In this document: positions 40,531 through 50,680 of the stretch, in pieces | Layout: the number at the start of each line of letters is the position of its first letter | Numbering within the stretch: position 1 is the first letter of the stretch | Source of the DNA: Candidatus Oxydemutatoraceae bacterium | GTDB taxonomy: Bacteria > Pseudomonadota > Gammaproteobacteria > Poriferisulfidales > Oxydemutatoraceae | Length of the DNA: 64,000 bases | Reading direction: 5' to 3' | Assembly: GCA_965219575.1 (NCBI GenBank) | Contig: OZ244779.1 | Span: forward strand, 716,769 to 780,768 | The notes under the pieces: model-generated | Databases searched by the model: none | The model's input: the letters and a program-made list of their open reading frames with translations, nothing else | What the model was told of the DNA's origin: nothing | Translations under genes and position numbers: made by a program

Positions 40531-41501
40531 AAATTCTTTTAGCCAACCCCAGAGGTTTCTGTGCCGGTGTAGATAGAGCCGTCGAGATAGTAGAGCGTGC
40601 ATTGGCTATGCTCGGTAAGCCTATCTATGTGCGGCACGAAGTCGTGCATAATCGCTATGTGGTGACGGAACTTAGAAATAAGGGGGCTGTTTTTGTCGAG
40701 GAGTTAAACGAAATACCCGAAGAATCGGTTGTCGTTTTCAGTGCGCACGGTGTTTCTCGGGATGTGCGAGCGCAAGCTCGCAGCCGCCGACTGCGAGTGA
40801 TAGATGCTACCTGCCCACTGGTTACCAAAGTACATCTAGAAGTATTGAAAAATCAACAAGACGGTTATGAGACGATTCTGATAGGGCATCGCGGGCATCC
40901 GGAAGTCGACGGGACGATGGGGCAATACGACACAACCTCAACCGACGCTATTTTTTTAGTGGAATCCGCCCAAGATGCCGAACGGGTACAAGTTCGCAAC
41001 ATAAATAAAGTTGCGATGGTGACACAAACGACATTGTCGTTGGACGATACTGCCGAGATCATAAAGATATTGGTGGAACGTTTTCCGGGCATACGCAAAC
41101 CTCGCAAAGACGATATTTGTTATGCGACTCAAAACCGCCAAAACACAGTCAAGAAACTGGTTGAAGTATGCGATTTAATGTTAATCGTAGGTTCCAAGAA
41201 TAGTTCAAACTCCAATCGCCTACACGAAATTGCGGTTAAGCGAGGCGTTGAATCTTATTTGATTGATATGCCCGACGAAATCCTCCCGAAGTGGTTGGTC
41301 GGTAAAAAATGTATAGGGCTTTCGGCGGGTGCATCTGCACCCGAGACTTTGGTCAGGCAGGTTGTACGGAAACTCAAAGATTACGGAGCAAACGAAGTTG
41401 TAGAACAAGCGGGCATTGAGGAAACGGTGACATTTAGATTGCCCAAGGAACTTTGGGATCTTTCGGTTACTGCCATCTTACTCGGAGGTCATAATCAATA
41501 G
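40527..41501 (+). CDS. ispH: 4-hydroxy-3-methylbut-2-enyl diphosphate reductase
   Basis: [41 protein letters not shown]. Confidence 0.98.
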   Translation: MKILLANPRGFCAGVDRAVEIVERALAMLGKPIYVRHEVVHNRYVVTELRNKGAVFVEELNEIPEESVVVFSAHGVSRDVRAQARSRRLRVIDATCPLVTKVHLEVLKNQQDGYETILIGHRGHPEVDGTMGQYDTTSTDAIFLVESAQDAERVQVRNINKVAMVTQTTLSLDDTAEIIKILVERFPGIRKPRKDDICYATQNRQNTVKKLVEVCDLMLIVGSKNSSNSNRLHEIAVKRGVESYLIDMPDEILPKWLVGKKCIGLSAGASAPETLVRQVVRKLKDYGANEVVEQAGIEETVTFRLPKELWDLSVTAILLGGHNQ

Positions 41502-41522
41502 TTTTATAAATTAAAGCATATT

Positions 41523-42332
41523 ATGTTCAATCTGATAAAGATAACAAATCTCAATAATGCGCATTTCCGAAGACTGTTAGTAAAAAATTTAATAAATTTG
41601 GAACATCAAGCTAAGATGCTGAAATGTTTGTATAGATCGGGCTTCAGGACCTTTCCTGCATATTGCGATATAGATATTTCTCATAGGTATAGATTTATTT
41701 CTTTCCCAATTCCTAAAGTTGCCTCAACTACACAACTCAATATAATGTTGACCTTGCATATGGACTCGGAAAAACAGCGAAAAACCAGATTATATGAAAG
41801 GATTAAATATTTAGATTATTTTTTATATCGTTCAAGGTACAAGCATGATTATTATTCATGGACATTTGTTAGAAATCCCTGGGATAGATTATTTTCTTGT
41901 TACCGTTTTCTGATTCACGATCGTATTCGCAATAATGAAGAGCCTTATGCGCTTAGTAGCCCTTCAATTTGGAGATATTGGATGTATGGGAGGCATACCA
42001 TGGCATTGAATACGATGACATTTGAAGACTTTGTTAAGTACATCGTGAAAACACCCGATTGGTTTTTGGATAATCATTTTTCACCCCAACATTACTTTTT
42101 TGATGCAAAAAAAATAGACTTTATAGGGCGTTTTGAGAATTACGAAGCAGACATGTTAAAGTTGCTGACCATTATTGCACCGGGGCATAGAATTAACCGG
42201 ATCCCGAAAACTTATCAGAGTAGTAACAGCCTTGAAAAGAGAAATTACAAAGACTATTACACCGATGAAATGCGAGAAATCGTTGCTCGCAAATACGCAC
42301 GCGATATAAAATTATTTAATTATCAATTCTAG
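41523..42332 (+). CDS. Sulfotransferase family 2 protein (CHST/HNK-1 type)
   Basis: IPKVAST, FVRNPWDRLFSCY, HFSPQ, DFIGRFEN, YARDIKLFNY. Confidence 0.85.
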   Translation: MFNLIKITNLNNAHFRRLLVKNLINLEHQAKMLKCLYRSGFRTFPAYCDIDISHRYRFISFPIPKVASTTQLNIMLTLHMDSEKQRKTRLYERIKYLDYFLYRSRYKHDYYSWTFVRNPWDRLFSCYRFLIHDRIRNNEEPYALSSPSIWRYWMYGRHTMALNTMTFEDFVKYIVKTPDWFLDNHFSPQHYFFDAKKIDFIGRFENYEADMLKLLTIIAPGHRINRIPKTYQSSNSLEKRNYKDYYTDEMREIVARKYARDIKLFNYQF

Positions 42333-42459
42333 TAGTATGCGTTGGTATGCTACATGTACTTATGGCTAGGCGATGGACATTGCGCAATACTCGGTTACCG
42401 GTGTCGGGATAAGGCTAGACCTACATATCAGATCGTCATACAATACAAGAATGACTCAC

Positions 42460-42535
42460 GGGGCCGTAGCTCAGTTGGGAGAGCGCGACATTCGCATTGT
42501 CGAGGTCGGGGGTTCGAATCCCCTCGGCTCCACCA
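42460..42535 (+). tRNA. tRNA-Ala (CGC)
   Basis: GGGGCCG/CGGCTCC acceptor with G3:U70, anticodon arm CGACA-TTCGCAT-TGTCG, GGTTCGAATC T-loop, encoded CCA. Confidence 0.96.
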
Positions 42536-42622
42536 ATACCATAATCATAATGTAGGCCATGATAGGTGACCATCAATTTGATAGATGAATATATTTATTG
42601 TGCGAGTGCAGCGCGTTTGAAA

Positions 42623-42945
42623 CTGTTGAAAAAGTACCGTTCTGCACGAACCCAACCGCTTTGCGCCACATAATTATCCAACCCACCTGTAGGGGCAGTA
42701 TAAAGCCGCCGATTGAGCCGGTAGGTCAATCGGCAATATAAAGTCGCCGATTGAGCCAGTAGGTCAATCGGCAATTATGATGTCTGCCCTTAAGTACCGT
42801 TCTGCACAACCGTAACCGCTTGCGCCGTATGGTTTTGGTTTCCATAAATCGGGTGAATGAATGTATAAATCGTGCCGACCAACGCGTTACGGGCGGACAT
42901 GCAAGTCCGCCCGCCCCTACATTGTATGAAATACTTTTTCAACAG
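42623..42945. mobile_element. MITE-like element, copy 2, with two nested hairpin repeats
   Basis: IRs CTGTTGAAAAAGTA..TACTTTTTCAACAG; inverted homolog of 4937-5233; hairpins at 42708-42734 and 42746-42772. Confidence 0.85.
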
Positions 42946-42996
42946 CGCGTGTTTGAAACTACCACATGAAAAGGCTTTACATTTTGTATATGCCGG

Positions 42997-43048
42997 GGTT
43001 CTGTACAATGTCACGCCGATTGACCTACTGGCTCAATCGGCGGTTCTA
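42997..43048. repeat. Hairpin repeat copy overlapping the pgsA stop codon
   Basis: ggttctgtacaatgtcac-gccgattga-cctactggc-tcaatcggc-ggttcta. Confidence 0.9.
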
Positions 43049-43599
43049 TTACGCATCGATTTCCATGCTATTTTTAGATAGTCAAACATGGAAATCAGCG
43101 TGAGTATTGCGGCAAAATATAGAAGTATCAACCCCAGGCGATGTATATCTACGCCGAGTATCGGATAGTGCCATAGTAGTGTAGCGATTGCGGCAGCCTG
43201 TGCGGCAGTCTTTATCTTGGCGATAACCGAGACTGCGAGCAAAGACCTTTGCCCTAACTCGGCCATCCATTCGCGTAGCGCGCTGACTGCGATTTCTCTG
43301 CCTACGATAACCAATGCCGGCAGGGTGACGACCCAGTCCTGTTGTCGGCTGACGATGAGGATTAGCGCAGTGCTGATTACCAGTTTGTCCGCAACGGGAT
43401 CCAAAAATGCCCCGAAAGAACTTTGTTGATTAAAGCGTCTTGCTAGATAACCGTCCAGCCAATCGGTCAGCATTGCGAGTATGAATATCAGCGTACAAAA
43501 ATATAAACTCCAGCGATAGGGCAGATAAAAAAACAATATCAACAGCGGTATTAGCAAAATACGCGATAATGTCAAAATGTTCGGTAATTTAGCGTTCAT
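43033..43599 (-). CDS. pgsA: CDP-diacylglycerol--glycerol-3-phosphate 3-phosphatidyltransferase
   Basis: PNILTLSR, TDWLDGYLAR..FGAFLDPVADK, SALREWMAE; follows uvrC. Confidence 0.97.
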   Translation of the reverse strand: MNAKLPNILTLSRILLIPLLILFFYLPYRWSLYFCTLIFILAMLTDWLDGYLARRFNQQSSFGAFLDPVADKLVISTALILIVSRQQDWVVTLPALVIVGREIAVSALREWMAELGQRSLLAVSVIAKIKTAAQAAAIATLLWHYPILGVDIHRLGLILLYFAAILTLISMFDYLKIAWKSMRNRTAD

Positions 43600-45420
43600 T
43601 CACTCTTCGTGCAATCTTTGATATACGGATTCCGCTAGTTTTAGGCTGATCCCCGGCACCTTCCCGAGTTCTTCTATGCTCGCTCTATTGACACCTTGCC
43701 ATCCACCGAAATAGCGTAATAAAGATTGGCGTCGTTTCGTTCCTAGCCCCGGTATATCCTCCAGCGGTGAGTGCCGTCTGGCTTTGTCGCGTTGCCGACG
43801 ATGCCCGCTGATGGCAAAACGATGCGCTTCGTCTCGTATCTGTTGTATCAGATGTAATGCCGGCGAATCCGCGTCTAGTTTTATGTCTATGCCGAGGTCG
43901 CCGTGTATTAATGTTTCTAATCCGGGTTTTCTTTCAACTCCCTTAGCGATGCCGACGATAGTTACATCGGGCAGATTAAGTTCTTTTAGAACTTTTTGTG
44001 CTTCTTTGGTTTGTCCTTTGCCTCCGTCTATAAAAAGTAAATTAGGTACTTTACCATCGTTTGATTTGACGCGCCGATAGCGTCTTTGTAGTGCTTGTTT
44101 CATCGCTGCGTAGTCGTCGCCGCCGATGATGTCGGTGATGTTAAAAAGTCTATATTCCTGTTTGAGTGCACCGGTTTGATCGAACACCACACAAGCACCT
44201 ACGGTTTTTTCACCCATAGTATGACTGATGTCGAAGCATTCCATACGCACGGGAAGTTCCGATAAATTGAGTGCCTCTTGCAGGCTTTGTAGCCGTTTGT
44301 GCATGCCGGCTCGAGATAGTAATTTGGCTTTCAACGCAATATCGGTATTCTTAGTCGCAAGTTCCAGATATTTTTTCTTCTTGCCACGCACCGTTTGAGT
44401 AATCAATTTCACTTTACGACCGGATTTTTTGCTTAGCATGTTCGCTAAAGTTATTTGGTCATCCGGTTTATGGCTGAAAATAACTTCATCCGGGATGGGG
44501 TGCTTGAGATAATACTGTCCGGCGAATGTGGTCAGCAATCTCGCCATACCGATATCGCTATTCGGCAAGTTCGGATAAAAGGCTTTATTGCCTATATTCA
44601 TTCCACCGCGAATGTTGAACACTTGCACGCAAGCATGTGTTTCTTTGATTCCTCCGGCGATGATGTCGGTATCTCCGCCTTCGCCGGTAATGAGTTGTTG
44701 GTCGGAGACTTGTCGCAGCAGGGCAACTTGATCTCTGTAGTGCGCCGCCTCCTCGTAATTTAAGGCTTGTGCAGCCTTGTCCATACGTTTAATTAAGGTT
44801 TCGATGAGGTTTCGGCTATCACCCTCCAAAAACTGTATAGCGTGAGATAATTCTTGTTGATAATCTTGTCGAGCGATATAGTTCACACAAGGTGCGCTAC
44901 ATCTTTTGATTTGATATTGCAGGCACGGGCGGGTACGGTTCTTAAAATACGAGGGCCGGCATGTGCGCAGCTTGAATAGTTTCTGGAGCAGGTTGATCGT
45001 GAGTCTTACCGCAGCGATGCTGGGATACGGTCCGTAGTAATGTTCGTCTGTATTGCGGGCTCCGCGATAAAAAGCGATGCGTGGAAATTTCTCGTTATTC
45101 GATATATAGATATAAGGATAACTTTTGTCGTCGCGCAACAGCACGTTATAGCGCGGCATGTATTTTTTGATTAAGTTATTTTCCAGTAATAAGGCTTCGG
45201 CTTCGGTTTGGGTTACCGTAATCCTGATATCGGCAATTTGATCGACCATACTTTTGGTTTTTTGCGACAAACCGTGTTTCCTAAAGTACGAGGCGACACG
45301 CTTTTTGAGGTCTTTTGCTTTGCCTACATAAAGCCGTTCTCCCGTGGTATCGAGCATTTGATAAGTGCCCGACACATGGGGCAGGGTGGCTATGAATTCT
45401 TTGGCATCAAACTCACTCAT
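43600..45420 (-). CDS. uvrC: Excinuclease ABC subunit C
   Basis: GIY-YIG YVGKAKDLKKRV, ECFDISH, IDGGKGQ, RDEAHRFA, HhH. Confidence 0.98.
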   Translation of the reverse strand: MSEFDAKEFIATLPHVSGTYQMLDTTGERLYVGKAKDLKKRVASYFRKHGLSQKTKSMVDQIADIRITVTQTEAEALLLENNLIKKYMPRYNVLLRDDKSYPYIYISNNEKFPRIAFYRGARNTDEHYYGPYPSIAAVRLTINLLQKLFKLRTCRPSYFKNRTRPCLQYQIKRCSAPCVNYIARQDYQQELSHAIQFLEGDSRNLIETLIKRMDKAAQALNYEEAAHYRDQVALLRQVSDQQLITGEGGDTDIIAGGIKETHACVQVFNIRGGMNIGNKAFYPNLPNSDIGMARLLTTFAGQYYLKHPIPDEVIFSHKPDDQITLANMLSKKSGRKVKLITQTVRGKKKKYLELATKNTDIALKAKLLSRAGMHKRLQSLQEALNLSELPVRMECFDISHTMGEKTVGACVVFDQTGALKQEYRLFNITDIIGGDDYAAMKQALQRRYRRVKSNDGKVPNLLFIDGGKGQTKEAQKVLKELNLPDVTIVGIAKGVERKPGLETLIHGDLGIDIKLDADSPALHLIQQIRDEAHRFAISGHRRQRDKARRHSPLEDIPGLGTKRRQSLLRYFGGWQGVNRASIEELGKVPGISLKLAESVYQRLHEE

Positions 45421-45454
45421 CGGTATATACTTCGTCGTTGCGTCTAAAACATAT

Positions 45455-46096
45455 TTAATCGTGGCGAGAGATTAGTTTAACAACCTTTGCAAAAATAGCC
45501 TCGAATTGCCTCTGGGTCAAACGCCGGGTCTGAATGTTATAGCGACTGCAGTGGTAAGAGTCTATTAACTTTTTGTTATCGGGGAGTGCACATACACGAC
45601 CGTGCTCGAAGCGATATTCGGATTGCTTTAAGCCATAGGCGCGCATGATTGCCGAATGTGCGACATGCCCCAAGGCGAGTAAAATCGTATTGGGTCGCAA
45701 CGCCCGTATTTCCGCTTTGAGGAAACGGTTGCAAGTTTTAATTTCTTCAAGATTGGGTTTATTGTCCGGTGGCAAGCATTTGACGGCATTGGTAATTCTA
45801 CAGTTGTTTAATACGAGAGAGTCGTCATGAGAAATTGATGTAGGTTGATTGCTGAATCCGTATTTATAGAGTGTTTTATAAAGCACCACGCCCGCATAGT
45901 CGCCGGTGAAAACCCTGCCGCTACGGTTCGCTCCGTGTTTGCCGGGTGCTAGACCGACGATAACCAGCCGAGCATCCAGAGGTCCTAAAGGTGCTACCGG
46001 TGCGCAATGATAATCGGGATATATTTTCTTGGTTCGCATCAGATACTCGCTGAGGCGACTACACCGTCTACAGCTAGGGCTAAAAAAGCGAGTCAT
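45455..46096 (-). CDS. Uracil-DNA glycosylase, family 5 (UdgB-like)
   Basis: CxxC N-terminus, GLAPGKHGANRSGRVFTGD, NAVKCLPPDNKP, SYHCSRYN. Confidence 0.88.
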   Translation of the reverse strand: MTRFFSPSCRRCSRLSEYLMRTKKIYPDYHCAPVAPLGPLDARLVIVGLAPGKHGANRSGRVFTGDYAGVVLYKTLYKYGFSNQPTSISHDDSLVLNNCRITNAVKCLPPDNKPNLEEIKTCNRFLKAEIRALRPNTILLALGHVAHSAIMRAYGLKQSEYRFEHGRVCALPDNKKLIDSYHCSRYNIQTRRLTQRQFEAIFAKVVKLISRHD

Positions 46097-46109
46097 GATC
46101 TATATCGGC

Positions 46110-47060
46110 TTAAAACTTTAGTAGTGCGGACCCCCAAGTAAAACCGCTACCGAAGGCTTCCAGCATCACCGTGTCTCCCGACCGTATGCGTTGATCTCTG
46201 ACTGCCTCGTCAAGTGCTAATGGTATTGACGCAGCCGACGTATTTGCGTGCTTGTCGACGGTGACGACGACGCGTTCCATCGGTAGTGCGAGTTTTTTGG
46301 CTATTGCGGCAAGAATTCGTAAATTAGCTTGGTGAGGCACCAGCCAATCTATAGCACTGCGGTCTAAATTATTCGCCTCCAGTGTTTCATCTACGATTTG
46401 TCCCAAAGTCTGAACCGCGGTCTTGAACACTTCGCTTCCTTTCATTCTGATGTAACAATGGTCCGATGCCGGCATCCCGTCTACATACAATAATTCCTCG
46501 TACCGACCGTCTGCGTGTATGTGAGTTGAATAGATACCCGGCGCGGTATCGGCTTGCAATACGACCGCACCGGCACCGTCTCCGAAAAGCACGCAGGTTG
46601 AACGATCACTCCAGTCTAGGATGCGAGACAATATCTCCGATCCGACTACCAAAGCACATTTGGCACTGCCCATTTTAATGAAGCGATTGGCAATATCCAG
46701 AGCATAAATAAAACCGGTGCAGACTGCTTGTATATCAAAAGCCGGACACCGATGCACACCTAATCTGCGCTGTATTACACAGGCGTTGCTGGGAAATATT
46801 TTATCGGGGGTGGTTGTTGCGCAAATTAACAGATCAATGTCTTTGTTGGTGACCGATGCCATTTCCATCGCCTTGCGTGAGGCGTAGTAGGCGATTTGAC
46901 TGCCGGTTTCTTCATTTGCCGCAATATGTCGTTGTTTAACTCCGGTACGCTCGCGTATCCACTGATCGGAGGTGTCGACGACTTTTTCCAAGTCCTTGTT
47001 GCTTAGAATTTTCTCGGGCAAATAGGACCCGCTACCGGTTATTTTTGTATAAATGGTCAT
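46110..47060 (-). CDS. fabH: Beta-ketoacyl-ACP synthase III
   Basis: [34 protein letters not shown]. Confidence 0.96.
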   Translation of the reverse strand: MTIYTKITGSGSYLPEKILSNKDLEKVVDTSDQWIRERTGVKQRHIAANEETGSQIAYYASRKAMEMASVTNKDIDLLICATTTPDKIFPSNACVIQRRLGVHRCPAFDIQAVCTGFIYALDIANRFIKMGSAKCALVVGSEILSRILDWSDRSTCVLFGDGAGAVVLQADTAPGIYSTHIHADGRYEELLYVDGMPASDHCYIRMKGSEVFKTAVQTLGQIVDETLEANNLDRSAIDWLVPHQANLRILAAIAKKLALPMERVVVTVDKHANTSAASIPLALDEAVRDQRIRSGDTVMLEAFGSGFTWGSALLKF

Positions 47061-47064
47061 AGTC

Positions 47065-48081
47065 TTAGTCGACGAGCATCTCTTCGAGTTGTTTGTCTAT
47101 CATTTGCGGTACCTGTTTCATAGCTTCCAATCGTGCCACCTCTATCGCTTTTTCAAAAGCTAATCGGTCGGCACTGCCATGACTTTTGATTACGACACCT
47201 TGCAAGCCCAGCAAACTGGCACCGTTATAACTACGCGTATCCATGGTTTGGATAATCAGTTTAAGCGTAGGCTGAGCGAGCATGGCACTGAATTTGGTCA
47301 TTAAGTTACGCTTAAATGCTTGCTTGAGAGAATGTGAAATAAAAGCAGCCGTACCCTCGGCTGTTTTCAAGGCAACGTTGCCGACGAAACCGTCGGTGAT
47401 GACTACATCTGCGACACCTTCGTAGATGCGATTAGCTTCGACATAACCTATATAGTTAAGTTTACTGGCGCGTAGTTGACGATTGGCTTCTTTGATCTGA
47501 TCGTTGCCTTTGATAGTCTCTTCTCCTATGTTGAGTAGACCGACACGAGGAGTCTCCAATCCGTCTACCGCCGAAGCTAGTACTGCACCCATGACCGAAA
47601 ATTGGAATAAATGTTCCGCTTTGCAATCTACGTTTGCCCCCAAATCCAGCATGTAAGTATGCCCTTCGGTTGTCGGCAAAGCGGTAATGATTGCCGGCCG
47701 GTCGATACCGGCTAGAGTGCGCAATATATAGCGTGATATTGCCGTTAATGCACCGGTATTTCCCGCGCTCACGCAGGCTTGGGCGCGGTTTTCTCTGATC
47801 AAGTTGATCGCGATGCGCATAGAGGAATCTTTTTTCGTGCGTAGTGCAACGGTGGGTGGTTCGTGCATTTCTATGATTTGCGTACTATGGACGCAATCTA
47901 CGCGTTGTCTAGTGTCTATATCGAGCCCGGACAACTTCGATTCTATCAAATTGGTATCGCCTACCAGTAATAGATGCAAATCGTTGTATCTGGCAATCGC
48001 AGAAATTGCTGCCGGCACGGTCACATCTAAACCGTGATCACCGCTCATTGAATCTATGGCTACATTGACGCGATCGTTCAT
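47065..48081 (-). CDS. plsX: Phosphate acyltransferase PlsX
   Basis: [35 protein letters not shown]. Confidence 0.97.
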   Translation of the reverse strand: MNDRVNVAIDSMSGDHGLDVTVPAAISAIARYNDLHLLLVGDTNLIESKLSGLDIDTRQRVDCVHSTQIIEMHEPPTVALRTKKDSSMRIAINLIRENRAQACVSAGNTGALTAISRYILRTLAGIDRPAIITALPTTEGHTYMLDLGANVDCKAEHLFQFSVMGAVLASAVDGLETPRVGLLNIGEETIKGNDQIKEANRQLRASKLNYIGYVEANRIYEGVADVVITDGFVGNVALKTAEGTAAFISHSLKQAFKRNLMTKFSAMLAQPTLKLIIQTMDTRSYNGASLLGLQGVVIKSHGSADRLAFEKAIEVARLEAMKQVPQMIDKQLEEMLVD

Positions 48082-48120
48082 AATTTCAGGATATGAACAA
48101 AGAAGGCAATACTCGCTTGC

Positions 48121-48324
48121 CTATTCTTTTTCTTCTTCCTCTTCGCTATATATTTCTTGAACGATCACCTCTTCACCGCGATAAAAACCATCGTCGCTGA
48201 TATGATGACGGCGATGTTTGGTACCGGTCGTAGAGTCGATCGATAAAGTGGCAGGTTTAACTTTATCGTGCGAGCGGCGCATATCTCGTTTGGCACGAGT
48301 TTTTCTGTTTTGCTGTACAGCCAT
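48121..48324 (-). CDS. rpmF: 50S ribosomal protein L32
   Basis: [33 protein letters not shown]. Confidence 0.97.
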   Translation of the reverse strand: MAVQQNRKTRAKRDMRRSHDKVKPATLSIDSTTGTKHRRHHISDDGFYRGEEVIVQEIYSEEEEEKE

Positions 48325-48343
48325 GTTTATCTCCTAAAAATAA

Positions 48344-48844
48344 TTACTCTATTTCTTTAACGTTTTTCCTTTTGCTCTGACTACGGTAGCGACTTAAATA
48401 ACCGATAAACTCCGGGTTGCACTCGTCCTTGCTATTGTGCATCGGGTTTTGCGGTATCACCAATAATAATTCGTCTTCTATTAAATCGGCTATGGATATT
48501 TTACCCGAAGTACAAACATAATAGTCCGTACTATTCGGCAAGCGACGCGCGTGTGCATCGCTTTCAACAATACACAGTCGATTTTCACACCGAGTTTTCC
48601 ACTGCATCGGTGATAAACATCGCTGGCATTCCAAAATCAATGTTGCCGCAATCTCTATTTTTAGCGACACGCAATCGTAAGCTTCATTCAACCCAAAATC
48701 AAGTATTGCCTCTATAGGCGTTCGGGAAGACGGACATACAAGCGACAATCTGGGTAATTTTTCTAGTGCCAAATAGCCTTTAACCTTTGTCCTATTTTGT
48801 GCCAACGTGCCGGGCCGAACCACCAAGGGAAGTTTTTCAACCAT
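48344..48844 (-). CDS. yceD: YceD/DUF177 family protein
   Basis: ECQRCL and LIEDELLL..P motifs; upstream of rpmF. Confidence 0.88.
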   Translation of the reverse strand: MVEKLPLVVRPGTLAQNRTKVKGYLALEKLPRLSLVCPSSRTPIEAILDFGLNEAYDCVSLKIEIAATLILECQRCLSPMQWKTRCENRLCIVESDAHARRLPNSTDYYVCTSGKISIADLIEDELLLVIPQNPMHNSKDECNPEFIGYLSRYRSQSKRKNVKEIE

Positions 48845-48930
48845 TAAGTTGCTTATTTTATATGTTAGAATGATATAGGTCAAAGAGCTTTACGATATTT
48901 TGTTTTTAATAAAGCCGGTATCTACATAAT

Positions 48931-49821
48931 ATGTCTATTCCTCCAATTTATATCATCAATCTAAAACGCGCACCGGAAAGAAAGTTAAATATTCAAAGAC
49001 AGTTAGATGTGTTTGATTTAAGCTACCAATTTATAGACGCCGTTGATAGATTTGAACTATACGACAAAGATTATCGTACGGCGGTTGCCGATCAGGCAGG
49101 TATTGATAAATCTAAGATGGAATATCTATTTAATAATTGGTGTTGTGGAAAATTAGCATGCCAATTAAGTCATCTAAAAATCTACAATTTGATGATAAAA
49201 AACAATATTCCTGTCGCTTGCGTATTAGAAGATGATGCTTATTTAACGCCTACTTTCCCCAAAATGTTAACTGCTTCAGATGAATTTTCTTATGACGTAC
49301 TGATGTTTTCTCATTATTCAAAAATGCTCCTCGACCTAATTAAACCTCTAAAATCAGGCTATTCTCGTACCTTCTCCCTTTACAAATTAATGCACTATAA
49401 AAAATATTATCCACAATTAAACTCATATATTGTTCGTTTAATGATTTTGAAAGCTGTGGCTTTTTATTTTGAAAGACTTTTTACCGGTCAAGTAAAATAT
49501 TCTTATACATCTCGGATAGGAGCAATACCCGAGACAGAAAAATCATTTTGGTACAAGACTTCATTTAAGCACTATACTGCCCGACCACATAGGTCGAATA
49601 TTTTAATGGGATCGGGCATGGGGTACATGCTGACACTTGACGGGGCAATTAAATGGAAAAAAGCAGGATTGCTCTGCACTATAGATCAAATACCTTATTA
49701 CTTATACCAAAAGCGAGAGATAAATCTCCACATTCTTGTTCCACCCTGTGCTTTAATGATAAATAAATACTTGAAGTATAGTTCTAACAAGCCTCTTGAT
49801 CATACCGATCACGTTGGTTGA
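48931..49821 (+). CDS. Glycosyltransferase family 25
   Basis: IYIINL..APERK, FIDAVD, ACQLSH, VLEDDA, GYMLT; AT-rich. Confidence 0.88.
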   Translation: MSIPPIYIINLKRAPERKLNIQRQLDVFDLSYQFIDAVDRFELYDKDYRTAVADQAGIDKSKMEYLFNNWCCGKLACQLSHLKIYNLMIKNNIPVACVLEDDAYLTPTFPKMLTASDEFSYDVLMFSHYSKMLLDLIKPLKSGYSRTFSLYKLMHYKKYYPQLNSYIVRLMILKAVAFYFERLFTGQVKYSYTSRIGAIPETEKSFWYKTSFKHYTARPHRSNILMGSGMGYMLTLDGAIKWKKAGLLCTIDQIPYYLYQKREINLHILVPPCALMINKYLKYSSNKPLDHTDHVG

Positions 49822-49856
49822 TTCTAGAGAAATTAATTTAATCGTATAGGATAAGT

Positions 49857-50639
49857 TTATGCTTCGTCGGATGTCGCAATAACATCATTCATCGTATAGA
49901 TTCTTCCCGGTTTTGGTCGGGTTTCGACGACCCACCCTGCGGCATGCACTGCGCCGTTGGCAAACGGAGAACGATCCGTGGCTTCGTGTTTCAGTTCTAT
50001 ACGCTCGTTGTTTGTGGAAAAAAAGACTTTATGTTCTCCCATTATTTCGCCTTCCCGATAAGATTCTATAGTGATGTCACGTAAATCAACACCTTTTTTT
50101 TCGGCAATAATCTCGCCCATTCTAAGTGCGGTTCCCGATGGCTTATCTTTTTTGTTTCGGTGATGTGTTTCTATAATTTCAACCTGTGCGTTTTTACCCC
50201 AAGCTGTTTGCGTTATACGCGCCAGTAGCGCAAAACATAGATTAACACCGATGCTCATATTCGGCGACACTAATATGGGAATTTCTTCGGCAAATGTTTG
50301 CAACTCTTCTTTTTGGGTATCGTTAAAACCGGTTACACCGATAACCATAGGCCGTTTAACTTGCAGGCAATGTTGCGCCGAATCGATTACCGAGGAAGGT
50401 ATAGAAAAATCAATCAATACATCAAAACGACCTTTGCTTATCGTATTGGACGGCTCTACGAGCACTTGAGATTGACTGCCGAAGATATCACCTAAGTGTT
50501 TAGCTATAGCCTTAGAACCGGGGCGGTCGTAGGCATGGCTAATAATTATATCTTTGCGTCCGTCTATCACTTCGGAAATCGCATGCCCCATACGGCCTGC
50601 CGCACCGTTGATCGCAACTTTGATTTGTTTTTTTTCCAT
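49857..50639 (-). CDS. dapB: 4-hydroxy-tetrahydrodipicolinate reductase
   Basis: GAAGRMG, PNMSIGVN, ETHHRNKKDKPSGTAL; follows dnaJ. Confidence 0.95.
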   Translation of the reverse strand: MEKKQIKVAINGAAGRMGHAISEVIDGRKDIIISHAYDRPGSKAIAKHLGDIFGSQSQVLVEPSNTISKGRFDVLIDFSIPSSVIDSAQHCLQVKRPMVIGVTGFNDTQKEELQTFAEEIPILVSPNMSIGVNLCFALLARITQTAWGKNAQVEIIETHHRNKKDKPSGTALRMGEIIAEKKGVDLRDITIESYREGEIMGEHKVFFSTNNERIELKHEATDRSPFANGAVHAAGWVVETRPKPGRIYTMNDVIATSDEA

Positions 50640-50680
50640 TTTTATAGAGAAGTCGTATCGTTGTTATTAAAATTATAACC

